Source: Nostoc sp. PCC 7120 = FACHB-418
GTDB lineage: Bacteria > Cyanobacteriota > Cyanobacteriia > Cyanobacteriales > Nostocaceae
Assembly (NCBI RefSeq): GCF_000009705.1
Contig: NC_003276.1
Coordinates: 30,001-62,000, forward strand
DNA length: 32,000 nucleotides
Reading direction: 5' to 3'
A program made the position numbers and the translations under genes. The stretch's first letter is position 1; each line of letters opens with the position of its first letter. Of the stretch, positions 28,131-32,000 are shown piece by piece. Under the pieces are notes generated by a model. The model saw nothing but the letters and a program-made list of their open reading frames with translations, was not told the DNA's origin and did not search any database.

Positions 28131-31100
28131 TCAGAGACATTCACGACTCATTACTAAATCTCCATTGGCTAGCCGATACACCCCTTGAGGTTCCACAATC
28201 AGCTCGCCTTTTTTCCATGAACTCGCTGCACTGTTATTAGTCACACTCTGCACATCACCTGTAGGATAACTAGAAGCCGCCGCCTCACCAGGACGATGAG
28301 GTAAACTACCAGTGCCGGTAATAATAAAAGTGCCTTCTTGCTTAGGGCTGCGAGCAATGCAACTATTAGCAATTAGGGCGTTAGTATCAATGGGATTGTT
28401 TTCTAATTCTGTCAGGCCGTTTTGGATAAAACTTATATCAGGCACACCGATAATATTACCTGAGACTGTACCAGTGGCATTAATGTCTGAGCGATTATTA
28501 TTACTCAATGACTGGAGGCTATTTCTATCAGATGTTGTTTGTCTAGGGCTATAGAGAGAATCACTAAACACAGCACGAGTGTTAAATCTAATATCGCCGC
28601 CTTGCCCCTCTGGTGCAAAGGCGAGAATATCGCTATCTTCTAAAGCGATGATGATATCTGCTGTGAGGGAAATATCACCGCCTTTACCATTACCACCTGA
28701 TAAATCAGTACGGATATCGCTGTTATTCCGCAAGCGGATGTTTCTAGCATTGATGTTAATATGACCTCCACCGGATTGTTCGGAGCTGGCACTTACTAAA
28801 CCATTATTCGCATTAAAATTACCTGTGGCTACAATATTGATATCCCCTGCAACACCTTCTCCCAGACTGCTTGTGGCAACCGCGATGGGATAAGGAAGAT
28901 TAGAGTTAGTGGCGGATAAATTAAAGTCTGTTGTAAATAAGGATATATTCCCACCACCTCCACTAGAAGTAGTACCTGCTAACAAAGCAGTTAAGCCAGT
29001 GTTGCTAAAAATAGTAATGTTATCTGTAGCATTAATCGTAATATCACCCGCTTTACCACTGCTCATAGTTCCTGTCACTAAAACTCCCCCATTTAATACC
29101 TCAACCACACGGGCATTGATAGTAACATTACCTGCATTACTAGAATTGCCTGTCGCTGATGATATCGTAGCTTTGTCTGCTAGACGGAAGTAATCTGTGT
29201 TGACTATGATATCGCCTCCCTGACCAAATGCTCCCTTTTGAGTTTCAGTTAATATTGCACTTGTAATACCATCAGCATTAAGTCCTGAGATGTTTACTGC
29301 ATTTGTAGCATTAATGCGAATACGTCCACCTTTACCTTGTACAGCAGGTAAGTCTTCCAAGGCTCCGAAAACGGAACTACTTATGCGACCGCCATTAATC
29401 AAAGTCAGCTTTGGTGTCTGAATATTAATATCTCCACCATTTCCAACTCCACTAGATCCCACATTACTATCGATCCAACCGTTATCAATTACCACCTCAT
29501 CATTGCTAAAAATAAAGATATTACCTGCATTACCTTGACCATCAGTTCCCGATGATATAACCCCCTTTATTAGCAATAACTTTCCTGTATTTATTGTTAA
29601 TTCACCACCTTTACCCACAGCAACGACATTATCATTAACAGCGAAAACGCTTGTGGAGATTAAACTGCCTTGATTCAGATTTGAACTAATTAATTCAACC
29701 GAATCCGAGGCATTGATAGTAATATTACCAGCTTGTCCTCCTAAATTATTACTGGCATCTACTGTAATTTGACCGCCATCTCTCACAATCAGATTTTTGG
29801 TATTCAGTGTTATATCGCCAGCACGACTGCTACTACCCGTTCTGGCTACAAAACCAGTTGTTGCATCTTTTGCATTTATCAAACCTTTTGGATCTATTTC
29901 AATGAAATCAGTAGCTGTAACATTAATATTGCCACCAGAACCAATGATTTGTCCTGGTGCTGGTTCTCCAGAGCTAGAAGAAATACTTCCTCTATTTGTT
30001 ATAGTAATTCGTTCAGTTTGAATATTGATATTTCCAGCATTCCCTACATTAGAAATACCTAGCCCCATTAGTGAAGTTGTGGAGATATAAGATTGATTTA
30101 GAAAAATGTCGCGCGCATTAATATTTAGATTAGAGCCATTTCCACTACCAGAACTACCAGATGTTATAATAGAATTATTATCAAGATTCAAGCGGTTGGT
30201 AATAATAGATAAATTACCTGCATTACCTTCTCCAGAAGTATCTGAGGTTATAGAAGAATTGTTATCAAGACTCAAGCGGTTGGTAATAATAGATAAATTA
30301 CCTGCATTACCTTCTCCAATAGTCCTTGCAGTAATACTTGATTCATTTAAACTAATGTAATCGGTAGCTTGAATCTTAATTTCTCCAGAATTACCTACAA
30401 ATAAATTATTAGGATTTGTCAAAACACCATCTGCAAGTAACAAATTTCGTATGCTGACACTATTTATGAAAGAACCATCTGCGAGTGACAGATTGCGCGC
30501 TTGAATATTAATGCCACCATCGCTGAAAATCAAACTGCTCGGAAAATCTGCATTTTTTCCAGAAAGAGCAATTGTATCATCAACTATAACATTAATAATT
30601 CCTGAATTACCTTGTTGGCTATTTATAATTAGCCAACCACTGTTAATAAGTTTTAGTGATTGACCAACAATATTGATATTTCCACTATTCCCCAAGCCTA
30701 AAGAAACATTGCCAATAAAACTACTTTCGGCAATAGTAACTATTCCAGTAGCATTAATAGAAATATCACTAGTTTTAGTCTCAGGATTACCTTGATTAGA
30801 AATTAAAAATGTTTGCAAACTGCTAAAATTTAATAAATTGAAGTTATGAGCATGAAATACAATATCATCACCTTCCGTACCGAGAACAAAAGTAGCAACA
30901 TTAGAATTATTAATTAATGAAATATCTGTTCTAGCCACACCATTAGGAAATGCCAAGCTCAAATTATCATCATTAACCTGAAGCCCGACGCTGCCAGGTG
31001 CAGTTAATCCACCAATTTCGACCCTACCACCTAATGCTTCAATGATTCCACCATCCATCAAAATTTGCCCACTAGCGTCAGGTGTAGGTGCAACATTACC

Positions 31101-31700
31101 TCCAAGTAGTATTAAACTTTTATTATCGGAAACTTGTAAAGAACCACGGTTTTCAATTGAGTTTGCGCCTTGATTAGCAATTTGATTAAATAAAAATGCT
31201 GTAGGATTGACACTCAACAAGGTATTACCTGATGGTACTGATGAAGTTAAAGAAAACTCAGCACCACCAGGAAATTGAATTGCATTGGCTGTAGTCGCTA
31301 CAAAAGAACCCCCAACATTTAATTGAGCGTTTCTTCCAAAAATAATGCCATTTGGATTCATTAAAAATAAATTAGTAGTACCTTGAGCGTAAATCAATCC
31401 TTGAATATCAGAAGGTGTACCACCAGTTACTCGTGCAAAGATATTAGTCAGATTGGGGTCATTTAAAAAAATTGCTGCACCACCGTTAGGAATGTTGAAA
31501 CTACCAAAACTATGGAATAGGTTGGTATTGCCAACTGTTGTACCACCTTGAATTACAGAATATAAACCAATATCTGTAACTTGTGTTCCTAGTGTTTGGT
31601 CGGCTGTGACTTGCGCCAAGGCTTTGAGGTTTGTTGTGCAAGTTAAGCCCAGGAATAGTCCTAAGCGCCACCACCACTGGAAATAAAATTGATTAATCAT
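28131..31700 (-). CDS. Two-partner-secretion exoprotein (TpsA; filamentous-haemagglutinin N-terminal domain, beta-helix repeats)
   Basis: Signal peptide MINQFYFQWWWRLGLFLGLTCTTNLKALAQ, starting at ATG 31700 with an AAGGAAAAG RBS. TPS domain: NLFHSFGSFNIPNGGAAIF...NIFARVTGGTPSDIQGLI...NLFLMNPNGIIFG. It is followed by ~1000 aa of GNAGNI/L-type repeats. Confidence 0.9.
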   Translation of the reverse strand: MINQFYFQWWWRLGLFLGLTCTTNLKALAQVTADQTLGTQVTDIGLYSVIQGGTTVGNTNLFHSFGSFNIPNGGAAIFLNDPNLTNIFARVTGGTPSDIQGLIYAQGTTNLFLMNPNGIIFGRNAQLNVGGSFVATTANAIQFPGGAEFSLTSSVPSGNTLLSVNPTAFLFNQIANQGANSIENRGSLQVSDNKSLILLGGNVAPTPDASGQILMDGGIIEALGGRVEIGGLTAPGSVGLQVNDDNLSLAFPNGVARTDISLINNSNVATFVLGTEGDDIVFHAHNFNLLNFSSLQTFLISNQGNPETKTSDISINATGIVTIAESSFIGNVSLGLGNSGNINIVGQSLKLINSGWLIINSQQGNSGIINVIVDDTIALSGKNADFPSSLIFSDGGINIQARNLSLADGSFINSVSIRNLLLADGVLTNPNNLFVGNSGEIKIQATDYISLNESSITARTIGEGNAGNLSIITNRLSLDNNSSITSDTSGEGNAGNLSIITNRLNLDNNSIITSGSSGSGNGSNLNINARDIFLNQSYISTTSLMGLGISNVGNAGNINIQTERITITNRGSISSSSGEPAPGQIIGSGGNINVTATDFIEIDPKGLINAKDATTGFVARTGSSSRAGDITLNTKNLIVRDGGQITVDASNNLGGQAGNITINASDSVELISSNLNQGSLISTSVFAVNDNVVAVGKGGELTINTGKLLLIKGVISSGTDGQGNAGNIFIFSNDEVVIDNGWIDSNVGSSGVGNGGDINIQTPKLTLINGGRISSSVFGALEDLPAVQGKGGRIRINATNAVNISGLNADGITSAILTETQKGAFGQGGDIIVNTDYFRLADKATISSATGNSSNAGNVTINARVVEVLNGGVLVTGTMSSGKAGDITINATDNITIFSNTGLTALLAGTTSSGGGGNISLFTTDFNLSATNSNLPYPIAVATSSLGEGVAGDINIVATGNFNANNGLVSASSEQSGGGHININARNIRLRNNSDIRTDLSGGNGKGGDISLTADIIIALEDSDILAFAPEGQGGDIRFNTRAVFSDSLYSPRQTTSDRNSLQSLSNNNRSDINATGTVSGNIIGVPDISFIQNGLTELENNPIDTNALIANSCIARSPKQEGTFIITGTGSLPHRPGEAAASSYPTGDVQSVTNNSAASSWKKGELIVEPQGVYRLANGDLVMSRECL
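30178..30317. repeat. 84-bp-period internal tandem repeat in the TpsA gene (two 56-bp near-identical cores)
   Basis: ttatcaaga[t/c]tcaagcggttggtaataatagataaattacctgcattaccttctcc occurs at 30178-30233 and 30262-30317. It encodes GEGNAGNLSIITNRL(S/N)LDNN twice. Confidence 0.85.
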
Positions 31701-31924
31701 TGGCTTTTCCTTGCTTCCCCCGATGGGTACATATGTTAGCTGTAGCACCTGCTATTCACTTTGAAGCCTGGGGGCATAAATTGCAACTCCGCATAACTTG
31801 ATAGAAATTGCAATACAGTTTTATCCACTTTTACATACATCATTGTGCTGATATAGATGCTAAAACCTGCATCTAACCTTTCATAAAAGCTGAAGGACTA
31901 AGAGATTATTTATAAAGTAAATCT

Positions 31925-32000
31925 TTAGGAGACAAGACGACGTAGCATAATTCTAGCCATAACAGCATATATAGCCGCTTCGGTCATTTCTGTTAAACGC
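31925..32000 (-). CDS. 3' end of a minus-strand ORF entering from the right edge (possibly a transposase C-terminus)
   Basis: ...RLTEMTEAAIYAVMARIMLRRLVS*. Only 25 codons are visible. The hydrophobic tail is reminiscent of IS transposase C-termini. Very weak evidence. Confidence 0.2.
   Translation of the reverse strand, partial: RLTEMTEAAIYAVMARIMLRRLVS

Noticed and set aside
27960-28190. Protein-like plus-strand frame (...KVTALFVAACKESRKPESAQVKSAVKDWFEREWARKDVLRIS...) and the 8-bp stem TTGAACCA/TGGTTCAA at about 27974-27998.
   Set aside because: There is a TAA just upstream. The only start is an internal GTG giving 41 aa, and the frame overlaps the convergent TpsA 3' end. It may be a gene remnant, but I cannot support a call.
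28312-30360. Plus-strand ORFs antisense to the TpsA gene.
   Set aside because: Repetitive beta-helix genes generate long antisense ORFs. The minus frame has the TPS domain and a signal peptide.
1-32000. Search for tRNA, rRNA, tmRNA, CRISPR arrays, integrase/att sites and known defence-system signatures (RM, CBASS, retron RT, Gabija, etc.).
   Set aside because: I found no cloverleaf-like or rRNA-like segments, no spaced repeat arrays, and no tyrosine or serine recombinase, reverse transcriptase, cyclase or methyltransferase motifs in any listed ORF.

Overview
This window reads as accessory DNA from a heterocyst-forming (Nostocales-type) cyanobacterium, most likely a plasmid. By eye there are at least 30 copies of the HIP1 octamer GCGATCGC, plus heptamer tandem repeats. 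No rRNA, tRNA or CRISPR array was found.

Layout, left to right:
- (a) 1-3545, minus strand: an operon headed by an XRE-family HTH regulator and ending in a DUF3854/Toprim-like (CyRepA-type) replication protein that runs off the left edge.
- (b) 3.58-4.23 kb: a non-coding control region with operator-like half-sites, a good sigma70-type promoter and a terminator but no ORF. This is a candidate ncRNA or origin region.
- (c) 4.2-12.6 kb, plus strand: small unknown genes plus a DUF1257 / DUF2997 / Ycf46-like AAA+ ATPase triad, a catalytic-domain-less PARP-like protein (WGR plus PARP helical-domain-like tail), a 301-aa unknown and a small RHH protein. Five copies of a conserved intergenic motif (GCTACGC-NN-AAGC...) link these modules.
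- (d) 12.8-16.4 kb: GNAT acetyltransferases, including a tight four-gene minus-strand operon (RHH-like / GNAT-fold / two unknowns).
- (e) 16.4-21.3 kb, plus strand: a membrane-associated module ending in an FtsK/TraB-like P-loop translocase. It is preceded by a palindrome and phased TTGAC 12-mers.
- (f) 21.3-25 kb: a macro/PARG-like protein, a Uma2 gene remnant, a 76-bp tandem duplication, a second GNAT, a MITE-like element and a close homolog of the aminoglycoside nucleotidyltransferase ANT(2'')/AadB.
- (g) A RecD2-type helicase and a 1.2-kaa TpsA/FhaB-like two-partner-secretion exoprotein.

All function calls rest on motif recognition by eye and from memory. No searches were run.
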